DNA of 63,470 nucleotides, the filler included, from Octopus bimaculoides (Eukaryota): NCBI RefSeq assembly GCF_001194135.2. It is 4 parts of 2 records of this genome, joined end to end, with 100 filler letters (N's around TTAATTAATTAA, not from the genome) between each part and the next. Parts side by side here need not be neighbours in the genome. Positions count along the whole stretch, not along the records: positions 46,978 to 63,470 come from NC_068986.1; 3 more parts are not named here. One strand, written 5' to 3'. A program made the position numbers and the translations under genes. Positions 63,410 through 63,470 of the stretch are shown piece after piece. The number at the start of each line of letters is the position of its first letter. Positions within the stretch are counted from its first letter, which is position 1. The notes beneath the pieces are model-generated. The model did not search any database. It saw only the letters and a list, made by a program, of their open reading frames with translations, and was not told where the DNA came from.

Positions 63410-63470
<61 letters not shown>
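63401..63470. repeat. (GT)n microsatellite
   Basis: Direct reading. Confidence 0.95.

Overview
Eukaryotic, AT-rich, repeat-dense DNA from a gapped draft assembly (about 21 N-gaps, roughly 8.4 kb or 13% of the window). I find no intact protein-coding gene, tRNA/rRNA gene or CRISPR array; nearly all long ORFs in the supplied track are translations of microsatellites or N-runs. The SINE repertoire and microsatellite load resemble an octopus (coleoid cephalopod) genome; this is recognition from memory, not a database result. The window holds many copies of at least three tRNA-derived SINE families, which I label A (Meta-like domain, often dimeric), B (CORE-like, with an internal microsatellite) and D. 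It also holds decayed fragments of CR1-like, RTE, L1/Tx1, R4/Dong and Penelope-like retroelements, and four mariner remnants. Best leads: (1) a well-formed type I hammerhead-ribozyme-like motif at 43088-43147, plus weaker relatives; (2) SINE/LINE tail sharing visible inside the window (SINE B with CR1-like LINE ends, SINE A left monomer with an L1/Tx1 3' end); (3) RTE copies whose ORF ends in 2-3 tandem C2H2 zinc fingers; (4) a fold-back mariner derivative with two 5' ends. Three N44-TTAATTAATTAA-N44 blocks are artificial joins, so adjacency across them is not evidence of linkage.
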